From Candidatus Heimdallarchaeota archaeon (GTDB lineage: Archaea; Asgardarchaeota; Heimdallarchaeia; Heimdallarchaeales; Heimdallarchaeaceae), in the NCBI GenBank assembly GCA_021399395.1, contig JAAFKJ010000001.1, forward strand, positions 30,165 to 94,164: DNA of 64,000 nucleotides. The letters are read 5' to 3'. The notes under the pieces are model-generated. The model was not told the origin of the DNA, ran no database searches, and was given only the letters and a program-made list of their open reading frames with translations. Below are positions 10,265 through 20,212 of this stretch, piece by piece (within the stretch, counting starts at the first letter, position 1; each line of letters starts with the position of its first letter). The translations under genes and the position numbers were made by a program.

Positions 10265-11899
10265 ATGCCACAGATGGTTGTTCATAAATTGGTGAATTTT
10301 GACATGTTTGGAAAAAGAGAATCCTCTTTAATGGAACTTGGCAAGAGCTCAAAGTTCGCTATAGCATTTTTTGTTTCTTTTGCACTTGCAAAATTGATAG
10401 GTCTTGCTTTTACTAAGATATTCACCAACACATTATCTGAAGCTGATATGGGTCAATATACTGTTATCGCTTCAGCAATTGCACTATTAATTGGATTCTC
10501 ATCGTTTGGTTTTACTTCTTCAGTCAACCGATATACCATTAAGTATAAGATTTCGAAAGAACTTGATACTTTCAAGAATTTCATTTTCACAGGAATTCTA
10601 ATTTATATTATTGCAGAAGTGGTTGTAATTGTATCAATTCTTATAGTGTTTTTTGTTACAGGACAAGGACCGTGGTTTCTTCAAGTAGAAAATTACCTTA
10701 TTATCATTCTGTTGATAGCTCTCATTGTATTTGCCCAAATTTTTAGTACAATATGTTACACAATAGCCACATCATTACAAAACAGTCGATATTATGCTAA
10801 CATCATTATAGCAAGAGTCTTACTCCAAATACCCTTCGGCATTATCTTTGTAATTTTCTTTGATTTAGGATTATTTGGTTTAGTTATTGGTTTAGCAGTG
10901 TCCGAAACAATTGTAGCCATTTATAGCATTTTTCATATTTTCAAGGATATTGGTATTGGTAGATTTTCCCTTACTGAGTTCAAGAAGATAATGATTTTCT
11001 CACTTCCTTCATACTATGTTGGTATTGTTTGGCAAGGCTTCAACATATTAGTCTTATTGCTTGTTGAATACTTCTTCCCCCTGACTGGAACTGAGACAAT
11101 TGCTCTTTATAGGTATGGTGCTTTACTTGTAACAAATTTAATCTTAGTTGCAGGTAATATGGTTACTATGGTGTATAGACCTGTGATTTACAGATTATTT
11201 GAGCGAGAAGAACATGATCGAATTCAACTTGTTTCTCAAAAAATCCTCAAGATATTCCTTATTATATTAGCTGTTTTGAGTATAGCTTTGTATGCATTTT
11301 CTCCTATTCTAATAATATATTTCACTAATAGCAATTATCTTCCAAGTATATTCATTATTCCTTTCCTACTTGGAGCCGTTGTTTTCAAATATCTTCAGGG
11401 TATACTGGCTTTTGGTCACAGTTTGTACTTCAAGCTATATTGGAATGCTATTTTTGTAACGATTGCATTTGGAGCTGCATTTGTTATTGCTTGGTTTGTT
11501 ATTCCTTTGAACCCATTACTTGGATTAGCAGCTGCTTTCTTTGTAATCAGAGCGGTTTACTCTGCAGGAACGATTCTTATATCCCGACGATATTACAAAC
11601 TGAAATATGACATAAAGGGGTTGATTCATTTAGTTGTTATTTTCTTGATCTCAGCTGGTGTTGGAGTAGTTTGCTATTATCTTGCTTTTGATTTCTTGGG
11701 GATTTACAACGTTACTCTATCTTTCTCAATCTCACTAGTTCTATTTGTTGCTGGTATTTTGTTAACTAAGCAAATAAGAAGAGATGATATAACCTTCTTT
11801 ACTACCTTATTCAAGGAATATTTCAAGAAATATAAAAAGCCTAAAGATAAAACTGAAAAAGTTTCTGATACAATCGAAGAGGCAACAGATCTTGATTAA
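10265..11899 (+). CDS. Oligosaccharide flippase (Wzx/MOP family)
   Basis: About 14 TM helices; LSEADMGQY N-terminal motif; true start may be ATG 10304. Confidence 0.8.
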   Translation: MPQMVVHKLVNFDMFGKRESSLMELGKSSKFAIAFFVSFALAKLIGLAFTKIFTNTLSEADMGQYTVIASAIALLIGFSSFGFTSSVNRYTIKYKISKELDTFKNFIFTGILIYIIAEVVVIVSILIVFFVTGQGPWFLQVENYLIIILLIALIVFAQIFSTICYTIATSLQNSRYYANIIIARVLLQIPFGIIFVIFFDLGLFGLVIGLAVSETIVAIYSIFHIFKDIGIGRFSLTEFKKIMIFSLPSYYVGIVWQGFNILVLLLVEYFFPLTGTETIALYRYGALLVTNLILVAGNMVTMVYRPVIYRLFEREEHDRIQLVSQKILKIFLIILAVLSIALYAFSPILIIYFTNSNYLPSIFIIPFLLGAVVFKYLQGILAFGHSLYFKLYWNAIFVTIAFGAAFVIAWFVIPLNPLLGLAAAFFVIRAVYSAGTILISRRYYKLKYDIKGLIHLVVIFLISAGVGVVCYYLAFDFLGIYNVTLSFSISLVLFVAGILLTKQIRRDDITFFTTLFKEYFKKYKKPKDKTEKVSDTIEEATDLD

Positions 11900-11901
11900 T
11901 T

Positions 11902-12729
11902 TCACTTATTTTTATCCCAAATCGAAACATCTAATCCTGTTAGGTCTGCTAGTTTCCTATTATGATCTATGAAGTAATGTTTCAATTCCTCTTTTATTTC
12001 AGGAGAGATTTTAGTGTATCCAGGTTTTTTTCTCTTGATTGCAAGAAATTGTATTCCTTTATGAATTAGAGATTTTTCATGAAAGATTTCTGAAGACTTT
12101 CTCAATAAACGAGGTATTCTAGGTATTATTGTTATGTTCCTTATCTCATCTTGATATTCAAAATTATTGAATGATACTCTTAGAAATTTGAATAATCCTT
12201 TCATATTCTCTACTGGATTCCTTACAAAGTCTTCAAAGATCATAAAATACATCTGTTTCTTATCAAAGAAATTTAGGTATCTTTCAATCTGTTCAGCGTA
12301 GATGCTTCTCTTTAGATATCCTTTCCAAACATCTTTCTTTAGACGTTCAGGTTCTTTTCTCACTGCTTTATCAAAACTATAATTTTCTCGCCCAGACTTG
12401 ACAGCATGCCAATAGTTTGAATAAGATCTACTTAAAGGGTTCCGAAAAATCCATACTAATTTTATATCAGATTTATACTCATAAATTCTTTCAGGAACTT
12501 TTTCTAAATAACTGTATGTTGGAGTCTTTTCACCGATTATGTTCTCTGGATTGCAGTCTTTGAAAATACCCTCATACCACTGTATACCTTTGTTGTAGTT
12601 TTCTTCATTGTTAAAATAATGTACTTCTTTCAAAGGGATACAAATCTGTGGATTGTGTTTGAGTTGAAATGCCAGACTTGATGTACCAGCTTTCATAGCG
12701 CCTACTATTATGAAATCAAGTTTTTTCAT
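11902..12729 (-). CDS. PAPS-dependent sulfotransferase (heparan-sulfate O/N-sulfotransferase-like domain)
   Basis: 5'-PSB GAMKAGTSSL, KEVHYFN, GEKTPTY and 3'-PB RNPLSRSYS. Confidence 0.9.
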   Translation of the reverse strand: MKKLDFIIVGAMKAGTSSLAFQLKHNPQICIPLKEVHYFNNEENYNKGIQWYEGIFKDCNPENIIGEKTPTYSYLEKVPERIYEYKSDIKLVWIFRNPLSRSYSNYWHAVKSGRENYSFDKAVRKEPERLKKDVWKGYLKRSIYAEQIERYLNFFDKKQMYFMIFEDFVRNPVENMKGLFKFLRVSFNNFEYQDEIRNITIIPRIPRLLRKSSEIFHEKSLIHKGIQFLAIKRKKPGYTKISPEIKEELKHYFIDHNRKLADLTGLDVSIWDKNK

Positions 12730-12739
12730 GATTATCGCT

Positions 12740-13255
12740 CTAATGGAATTTTTTCTCTTCCTTCAATTTGTAGTAGTGATCTTTATCACGATACTTGAAG
12801 GTTTTAGCAGGATGTCCTCCTGCGATTCCACAAGCTGGTATATCTTTTATCACTACACTGCCAGCTTGAATAATTGCACCTTCACCTATTGTCACACCAC
12901 CAGCAATAATACATCTAGCTCCAATCCACACATTGTCTTCGATTACGATTTTCTTTCGTATATAGGTCTCATCATATGGTATCTTTGTACTTTCATAGTT
13001 GTGATTTCGAGTGAGAAAGAGTATATCAGGACCACTGTGAAAATTGTCACCAATGACAACCTCACCATCACCTCTGATTGCTACTCCGTTAAAAGTTACA
13101 TTGTTACCCAATGTTGTATTTTTATTAACATTTGATTTGAAATTGACACTAAGTCCATCACCAACTTCTAGTGCAACCTTCTTCACTTGAGATCGATACA
13201 TTCGGCGCTTAGTATTTCTTAGGACTGTTTTGACTACCCCATAGATATTAACCAT
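12740..13255 (-). CDS. Hexapeptide-repeat acyltransferase (sugar O-acetyltransferase-like)
   Basis: [35 protein letters not shown] left-handed beta-helix. Confidence 0.88.
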   Translation of the reverse strand: MVNIYGVVKTVLRNTKRRMYRSQVKKVALEVGDGLSVNFKSNVNKNTTLGNNVTFNGVAIRGDGEVVIGDNFHSGPDILFLTRNHNYESTKIPYDETYIRKKIVIEDNVWIGARCIIAGGVTIGEGAIIQAGSVVIKDIPACGIAGGHPAKTFKYRDKDHYYKLKEEKKFH

Positions 13256-13371
13256 ATATAAACACTCAAACTATTTATTATTCCTAGATATTTAAGCCTT
13301 TTTTCTTTTGATTACACTATGATAAAAGACAAAGAAGTTTATATATATATGTAGATGAGTATCTCACAATT

Positions 13372-14049
13372 ATGAAAGATAGATTGCTAAAAAAAATACG
13401 AACCCTTCCTAAGAAGCTTAGAGAGAAATTATTTTTTAGTAAATTAACTCATAAGCAAGCTCTAACATATTGGTCTGAACCCAATGATGGTTCTAATAAA
13501 CCTGAAGGATATTTACAACTAGAAAAAACAAAAAGATCTCAACTACTTCTGAAGCTTCTTGAAATTGCTGACATTCCCAAGAACGCTAAGATTCTAGAAT
13601 TAGGACCAAATGCATGTAGAAATCTAAATTTCTTGTACAACAATGAGTATGTAAACTTATTTGGTATTGAAATATCAGAAAACGCTTTAGACTTAGCTAA
13701 GAAGAGCTTTCCAAGTCAAATTAATAAAATTACTTTATTAAATGCACCAGTTGAATCAATTCTACCACTATTTTTTACAAAGTTTGATGTAATTTTTACA
13801 ATGGCGGTATTAGAGCATATTCACACTAAAGCCTCAAAAGAAATATTCAAACATATTTCTAAATTGACTAATATTCTAATTACAATTGAAGATGAATTTG
13901 GGGTTTCAGAACGGCATTTCCCTCGCAATTATCAAAAAATATTTGAGTCCTTGGGTTTTAACCAAATTCATGTAGAAGAAGATGTAACAAACCACCATTT
14001 TAACAAAAGTTTCAGAGCTAGGATTTTTGTAAAAAAAGAACATACTTAA
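13372..14049 (+). CDS. Class I SAM-dependent methyltransferase
   Basis: ILELGPNACRNL, GIEIS and FDVIFTMAVLEHI. Confidence 0.85.
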   Translation: MKDRLLKKIRTLPKKLREKLFFSKLTHKQALTYWSEPNDGSNKPEGYLQLEKTKRSQLLLKLLEIADIPKNAKILELGPNACRNLNFLYNNEYVNLFGIEISENALDLAKKSFPSQINKITLLNAPVESILPLFFTKFDVIFTMAVLEHIHTKASKEIFKHISKLTNILITIEDEFGVSERHFPRNYQKIFESLGFNQIHVEEDVTNHHFNKSFRARIFVKKEHT

Positions 14050-14229
14050 GATCTTTGCCGACAGAGAATAAGAGAAGGAATTTATGATAATTTTTTTCGC
14101 ATTTACTTCTCAAAATTTCATTTTAGTTATTTTAGCATGTTTTTGGTTTTAATTACACAAATTGACTACCTCTATCAGTTATATCCTCTTTATCCAAAAA
14201 TTCTTAAGATAAGAAAACAAAAATTGCCT

Positions 14230-14802
14230 ATGTCCGACATTTACCATACTAAATCACCTTTTATCGGAGAAAAAGTGAAATTACGTCCTTTAGAAAAAGA
14301 GGATTTAGATGACATTATGGAACATTGGAACACATATGAATCTAGAATAGGTTTAGGTTTGTTAATACCTATGTCCTCAATGATGGAAGCTGAATTTATT
14401 GAAAGTGCTCATAGTATGGCAAAAAGCGGAAAAGAGTATGTTTTGGCAATTGAAGAAATTTCAACTGGAAATTTCCTTGGAACTTGTGGAGTAGGTAAGA
14501 TCAATTCTGTAAGCAGATCTGCTGAACTAGGTATTACCATTCACAATCCAGCTAATCACAGCAAAGGTTATGGTACTGATGCTATGAAGTGCCTTCTGAA
14601 ATTCGGATTCAATATTCTCAATTTCCATCGTATAGAACTCTGGGTTATGGAGTATAATGAACGAGCTATCCATGTTTATAAGAAAGTTGGATTTAAGGAA
14701 GTTGGAAGAAAAAGAGAAGCACATTACTTACAAGGTAGTTATCACAATGTAGTGGTAATGGACATCTTAGAAGAGGAGTTTAGGGAGAAGTACAAGGACT
14801 AG
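14230..14802 (+). CDS. GNAT N-acetyltransferase, RimJ/RimL family
   Basis: LRPLEKED, KGYGTDAM and NERAIHVYKKVGF; ATG 14230. Confidence 0.9.
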   Translation: MSDIYHTKSPFIGEKVKLRPLEKEDLDDIMEHWNTYESRIGLGLLIPMSSMMEAEFIESAHSMAKSGKEYVLAIEEISTGNFLGTCGVGKINSVSRSAELGITIHNPANHSKGYGTDAMKCLLKFGFNILNFHRIELWVMEYNERAIHVYKKVGFKEVGRKREAHYLQGSYHNVVVMDILEEEFREKYKD

Positions 14803-14855
14803 CCGAAACTTACACAAATCTTATAATTAACTAGTTTAGACACATCCTATCTCAA

Positions 14856-16421
14856 ATGAATGAAACTGTCAGTGAAAAAGCAGAAGAAAAGGATTCTATC
14901 AAAGTTTGGGTGCTTATTTCTGCAACAGGAATTGGAGCATTTTTAGCTTCTCTCGATGGGACCATTGTAAATATTAGCTTACCTCAAATGATGGAGAGTT
15001 TAGATGTAGCACAGCATCAAGTACAGTGGATTGTTCTAAGCTATCTACTAACCATGATTGCATTTACAACAGTTTCTGGAGACTTGGGTGACAGAATTTC
15101 AAATAAACTGATCTTCCAGATTGGGATGGTCATTTTTTCAGTAGCATCACTATTATGTTTCTTTGCGAGATCTCTAGGTGTTTTAGTCTTGTTTAGAATC
15201 TTACAAGGGATTGGAGCCACAGGATTAGTTGCCAATGGAATGGCAATAATTACCAGGTTCACATCAAGAGAAAACAGAGGGTTAGCAATAGGTTTGAATT
15301 CTTTACTTATTGCATTAGGGATTTCATTAGGACCTATTCTCGGAGGTGCGCTAACCGAATTTCTTGATGGTGTTCTTAATGGATATTCAGGTTGGCCTTT
15401 TATATTTCTCATCAATGTACCAGTTGGTTTAATTGGCTTTTTCTGGGTTCAGTACATTATTCCTCCAACTCCCCCTCTTACAGATAGTCGTCGTAAAGCT
15501 GATATACTTGGATCATTATTCTTGTCCGGTTTTCTGTTCTTGCTGGTATTTTGTTTCAGTGTTTTTGCTAGTATATTCGATCACACATATTTTGGACCGA
15601 ATAAATCACATTGGCCTGGAGGTGTAGTAGTTCCATACTTTAAAACGGAAGTTGGTACGTTTGGACCTTTTGCAAAGCTTCTATCAGGATTAAGTTTGGG
15701 ATTTAGTATTATCTTTTTGATAGCTTTTATCTTCTGGGAAAAACATACCAAACATCCTGTTATTGATTTATCTATGTTCAAAAATAGAAGGTTTACAGTA
15801 GGTATTTTCTCTGGGGTGTTAGCTTATCTTGGTCTATGTGTAATCATATATCAACTTCCATTCTTTGTTCAACAAATTTTGCACTATACTACATTTCAAA
15901 CAGGAGTTGCTATCATGGGTACGCCTATAGGAATGGCTCTTGCAGCAGTCCTTTCGGGTGCGGTATCAAACAAGATTGATGTTAAATATCTTTCCACGGC
16001 TGGCATAGGTATCATGATGTTATCACTCGTGTTGGGTGCATTGTTTATTACCGAACAAGTACCAATTTATGTAATTATAATTATAGCAACAATCATTGGG
16101 ATATCACTGGGCATATTTATTGCACCAAATAATACTTCTGTAATGTCATCAGCACCCGAAAAGAAACTTGGTATAGCAAACAGTATGTTAAGTCTCTCTA
16201 CCAATGTCGGTTTCAGCTTAGGGACAGCATTAGCAACAGCTGTTTTTGTTTTTTCACAAAATAAATATCAAAGTATCAATGGTGGAAGAATAGAAGATGT
16301 TATCAATTATGTACCAGCAATGAGGGTGTTATTTGGCGTGTTCGCAGGATTCATGCTGTTCTCAACAATATTCTCTTATTTTAGAGGACCAAAACCAAAA
16401 ATAGAAATAAACAAAACTTGA
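14856..16421 (+). CDS. MFS transporter, DHA2 (EmrB/QacA-like)
   Basis: LDGTIVNISLP, GDLGDR, GPILGG and WPFIFLINVPVG; ~14 TM. Confidence 0.9.
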   Translation: MNETVSEKAEEKDSIKVWVLISATGIGAFLASLDGTIVNISLPQMMESLDVAQHQVQWIVLSYLLTMIAFTTVSGDLGDRISNKLIFQIGMVIFSVASLLCFFARSLGVLVLFRILQGIGATGLVANGMAIITRFTSRENRGLAIGLNSLLIALGISLGPILGGALTEFLDGVLNGYSGWPFIFLINVPVGLIGFFWVQYIIPPTPPLTDSRRKADILGSLFLSGFLFLLVFCFSVFASIFDHTYFGPNKSHWPGGVVVPYFKTEVGTFGPFAKLLSGLSLGFSIIFLIAFIFWEKHTKHPVIDLSMFKNRRFTVGIFSGVLAYLGLCVIIYQLPFFVQQILHYTTFQTGVAIMGTPIGMALAAVLSGAVSNKIDVKYLSTAGIGIMMLSLVLGALFITEQVPIYVIIIIATIIGISLGIFIAPNNTSVMSSAPEKKLGIANSMLSLSTNVGFSLGTALATAVFVFSQNKYQSINGGRIEDVINYVPAMRVLFGVFAGFMLFSTIFSYFRGPKPKIEINKT

Positions 16422-16423
16422 AA

Positions 16424-17479
16424 TCAAATCTTACAGAAATTGGTTACAAGCTTTATTGTTTTGAGAATATCATCGATTAACAGTAATCCTGCGTTAGCAT
16501 GTATGTATCTACATGGAACAGAAACAACTCCCGAAGGAACACCTGCACGTGTTTTAGATATTGAACCAGCATCAGTCCCACCATAAGTTGGTTTTTTGTA
16601 TTGCCATTTGATATCGCCCATTACTGCCGCTTGCTTAATCCTTTCAAGTATTTTCTTAGGCACAATTAACGATCTATCTGCAGCTGTAACAGCTGGTCCA
16701 TCACCAAGGCTTGTAACTATTTTTTGGCTCGGAACACCAGGAACATCACTTGCGATAGTATTTTCAAGAGCTAGAGCTATACTTGGTTCTAAAGTATAAC
16801 CGGCAACTATTGCACCTCTTGTACCTACTTCTTCTTGTACTGCGAAATTTATCAGTAATGTATGTGGTATCTCTACTTCTTTTAGCTCTTCAAGTACATG
16901 CAAAATCACATTACAAGCTGTTCTATCATCAAAAGCTTTACCAAGAATTGTTTCCTCATTTAGCAGGATACACTCAGTATAAAAAGTACCAACAGAACCT
17001 ATGTCCAAACCCAAAGCTAATACTTCTGCCCGATTCTTACATCCTATATCAACGAACATTTCATTAATTTCAGGAACTTTATCTCGCTCATCAGGTTTTG
17101 TTACATGTGGAGGAGCTGCCCCTACTACACCTATAATTCTTTCACGAAAATCATTTTGGAATTGTAGTAAAGCTCCTAACATGAGTCTTTTATCAATTCC
17201 TCCCAGGTTTTCTATTGTAAGAAAACCTTCTTCGTGAACATGTGATATCATAAATCCTACTTCGTCTACGTGAGCATCAAGCATTATTCTTAATCCGTTT
17301 GGATTTGTTCCCTCTTTTATAGCTAAAACATTTCCTAGGGGATCAATCCATGCTTTATCGACACCAAGTTTTTCTAACTTCACTAAAACATAATCAGTAA
17401 CTTCTTCCTCATGTCCTGGGACACCAATAAGGTTACTTAACTCAATTTGAGTTTTAATAACACTGTCTCTATTGACCAT
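16424..17479 (-). CDS. M42 family aminopeptidase (TET-like)
   Basis: AHVDEVG, GKAFDDR, QEEVG, GGTDAG and PCRYIH. Confidence 0.92.
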   Translation of the reverse strand: MVNRDSVIKTQIELSNLIGVPGHEEEVTDYVLVKLEKLGVDKAWIDPLGNVLAIKEGTNPNGLRIMLDAHVDEVGFMISHVHEEGFLTIENLGGIDKRLMLGALLQFQNDFRERIIGVVGAAPPHVTKPDERDKVPEINEMFVDIGCKNRAEVLALGLDIGSVGTFYTECILLNEETILGKAFDDRTACNVILHVLEELKEVEIPHTLLINFAVQEEVGTRGAIVAGYTLEPSIALALENTIASDVPGVPSQKIVTSLGDGPAVTAADRSLIVPKKILERIKQAAVMGDIKWQYKKPTYGGTDAGSISKTRAGVPSGVVSVPCRYIHANAGLLLIDDILKTIKLVTNFCKI

Positions 17480-17595
17480 TTTAATTCCAAAAATACTATG
17501 AGAGATTTTTATTAAATGTTTCCGTCCAAATGTGGATTATGAACGTATATATTTGATAAGTAGTAAACTTTATTTAATCCAACCTTTCAGTTTCG

Positions 17596-18432
17596 TTGAG
17601 TACTATGAAGATTATTGTGTTTATAGACCAAATCGTAAGCACACAAGTCAAGCTTCAAGGTGTGGATTTCTTTGATCCCTCCAAGGTTGACGATGTTGAC
17701 TTGGTTATTAATCCTACAAGCAAAAATGCTATTGAAGGAGCACTGAAACTCAAAAACACTTTCGATGCTGAGAAAGAAGAAGAGGAAGAAGGTGCTAAAG
17801 TAACCGCAGTGTGTGTAAGAGGTTTGAAACCAATCAAAGCTTTAAGAGAAGCTATTGCAATGGGGTGCACTGATGCAATTGAAATTGCAGATGATACACT
17901 CTATACAGAAGATCCTTTGCTTTTAGCGAAAATTTACGTTGGAGCATTGGAGAAAATTGGTGATTTTGATTTAGTTTTCCTAAGTGCTGAAGAACAGTCT
18001 TCTAGTTCCTATGCAGTAGGAGCTATGTTAGCAGAAAAACTTGGCCTCCCAAGTGTTCTTTATGCAGAAGAAATAGAAAACATTGACGGTGGATTTAGAG
18101 TTGGACATGTTCTAGAAGGTGGAAGAAAAATAGTTGAGGTACCACAAAAGGCTTTGATTAGCACAAGTGATAGCCAATACTTCACTCCTAGATATACATC
18201 CATGAAAGGTATTCTAAACGCTAAACGAGCAGTAATACCTACTTGGACAGCAACAGATTTGGGATTGAGTGCAAATGTTGTTGGTAAAGAAGCCGCATCG
18301 TTACAACAAGTTTCCCTAACCAATATTGTGATTGAAAAGGAAAGCTATATCATTACTGAAGGAGAACCTGAGGAAATGGTAGACAATCTTCTTTCGAAAT
18401 TAAAAGAAGATGAGGTAAAACTAGGAGCGTGA
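17596..18432 (+). CDS. fixA: Electron transfer flavoprotein beta subunit
   Basis: NP..KNAIEGAL, REAIAMG, PRYTSMKGILNAK; upstream of ETF alpha. Confidence 0.88.
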   Translation: MSTMKIIVFIDQIVSTQVKLQGVDFFDPSKVDDVDLVINPTSKNAIEGALKLKNTFDAEKEEEEEGAKVTAVCVRGLKPIKALREAIAMGCTDAIEIADDTLYTEDPLLLAKIYVGALEKIGDFDLVFLSAEEQSSSSYAVGAMLAEKLGLPSVLYAEEIENIDGGFRVGHVLEGGRKIVEVPQKALISTSDSQYFTPRYTSMKGILNAKRAVIPTWTATDLGLSANVVGKEAASLQQVSLTNIVIEKESYIITEGEPEEMVDNLLSKLKEDEVKLGA

Positions 18433-18437
18433 AATAA

Positions 18438-19394
18438 ATGAAAATATTAGTATTTGGACAAATTAGAGATAATGCAATTGAAGAAAACGTTCTAGGTATT
18501 CTCAACAAATTATCTGAAGTTTTTGCAGATAGTGAAATCAGTTTAGCACTCCTAGCTAATCAAATTAATAATGATTGGGTTGAAGAACTTGGAAAACATG
18601 GAGCTAAGAAAGTTTATACTGTCGAAGCATCAGAATTAGAGAATTATCTCAGTTACCCTTATGTAAAATCTATGCTTGAGATTATTGAAAAAACTGAACC
18701 TTCTTTGGTTCTAGCAGCTGGAACTGTCTTTGGAGAGGATCTTATTCCAAGACTTGCTGTTCATCATGGAATATCCTGTGCCCAAAGAATTGTTGACATC
18801 TCTTTAGATATCGATAACATTCTTTTCCACACTCCAGTTAGAGATGATCAAGCCATGAGAGTTACTAAGCTAGTAGGAGCAATTAAATTCGCTACTACAA
18901 GAACTGGAGCCTTCTTCATAAATGAAAATCCATCAGGTAAATCTCCAGAAGTAGAAAAGGTAGAAGTTACTTTTGAAGCAGAAGATATGTTAGTAAAACA
19001 CATTGAGATTAAGAAAGCAGAACGAACTGTAAATCTTAAAGACGCTAAACTCATTGTCGCTGGAGGTAGAGGAGTGGGAGGAAAAGATAATTTTCAGATT
19101 TTAAAGGATCTTGCTACACTGCTAAATGGAGAAATTGGTGCAACAAGAGCTTGTACTGATCTTCATTGGATTGAAGAAACTTATGAAATCGGGCAAACTG
19201 GTCAATCAGTATCTCCTGACATTTACATCGCTGCCGGGATTTCTGGTGCTCCACAACATTTGAGTGGAGTTAAAGCTAAGACTTTAATTTCTATCAACAA
19301 AGATGAAGGTGCTCCAATATTCAATTATTCTGATTATGGGATTGTTGGAGACTTACATGAAATTCTACCAATACTTAAGAAGAAGTTAGAGTAA
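18438..19394 (+). CDS. fixB: Electron transfer flavoprotein alpha subunit
   Basis: VAGGRGVG, IGQTG, GISGAPQH and INKD..APIF. Confidence 0.93.
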   Translation: MKILVFGQIRDNAIEENVLGILNKLSEVFADSEISLALLANQINNDWVEELGKHGAKKVYTVEASELENYLSYPYVKSMLEIIEKTEPSLVLAAGTVFGEDLIPRLAVHHGISCAQRIVDISLDIDNILFHTPVRDDQAMRVTKLVGAIKFATTRTGAFFINENPSGKSPEVEKVEVTFEAEDMLVKHIEIKKAERTVNLKDAKLIVAGGRGVGGKDNFQILKDLATLLNGEIGATRACTDLHWIEETYEIGQTGQSVSPDIYIAAGISGAPQHLSGVKAKTLISINKDEGAPIFNYSDYGIVGDLHEILPILKKKLE

Positions 19395-19467
19395 AACTTC
19401 TCTTTCTATTTTATTTTTTATGTTCTAAATCCCCAATACTTATAAAATTAAAATTTGCTATCTATTT

Positions 19468-20154
19468 GTGAAGGGAATATTCAGAAACGAAAGAGCTACA
19501 GAAATAGCAAACGGTAGAACTCCTATCAAATTCTTAGATAATGCTAAACTTATTCTTCACTTAATTGCAGGAGAATCTTCTACAATAGATAAGAATTACA
19601 ACATCGAGATTATTTCTAGAAATCCTAAATTCCTTAAACCTATCAAATATATGGGGATGGAACTTAGTCATACGTTTGATGGGTTCCTTACTTATACAAC
19701 TGATTTATCTGGTGTAGCTAGATCATATGTCCATCTTTACAGAAAAGGTATTATTGAAGCAGTGGAAGGAAGTCTCTTGAAACCTATTGCATCAAAATTA
19801 GAAATCCCAAGTGTTTCGTTCGAAGAAGAAATTCTTAAAGCTCTCCCCGATTACATTGAAGTGTTCAAAAGAATTTCAGTGAATCCTCCTTTCAGTCTAT
19901 ATTTGACTCTAGTTCAAGTTAGAGATTATGAGATGAAGTTAAACAAAGATATTCTTGGTGTTAATCCAGTTCCAATCGATAGAGATGAATTGAAGTTTCA
20001 AGAGATTTTTATTGAGGATTACTCACAAACCGAAAACATTCCTCTACTTGTTCAACCCTGGTTTGACGAAATATGGACTGCGTGTGGAATGTTTAAATCA
20101 TTCAATTATGATGAAGATGGTAATTGGGGATATGGCTTAAATTCAGATAAATAG
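19468..20154 (+). CDS. Hypothetical protein resembling the C-terminal domain of AlbA/Schlafen-domain proteins
   Basis: Long ORF with own TATA (19439-19446); motifs YVHLYRKGIIEAV, PIDRDEL, FDEIWTACG and NYDEDGNW recalled from that family. Confidence 0.55.
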   Translation: MKGIFRNERATEIANGRTPIKFLDNAKLILHLIAGESSTIDKNYNIEIISRNPKFLKPIKYMGMELSHTFDGFLTYTTDLSGVARSYVHLYRKGIIEAVEGSLLKPIASKLEIPSVSFEEEILKALPDYIEVFKRISVNPPFSLYLTLVQVRDYEMKLNKDILGVNPVPIDRDELKFQEIFIEDYSQTENIPLLVQPWFDEIWTACGMFKSFNYDEDGNWGYGLNSDK

Positions 20155-20212
20155 TGTCTGTAATTTGCCAAGTAGCATTATTTATAAAGCGATATTTTGA
20201 ACTCATTTCATA

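Noticed and set aside
17770-17790. GAA-rich repeat in fixA
   Set aside because: A short in-frame poly-Glu loop; low complexity only
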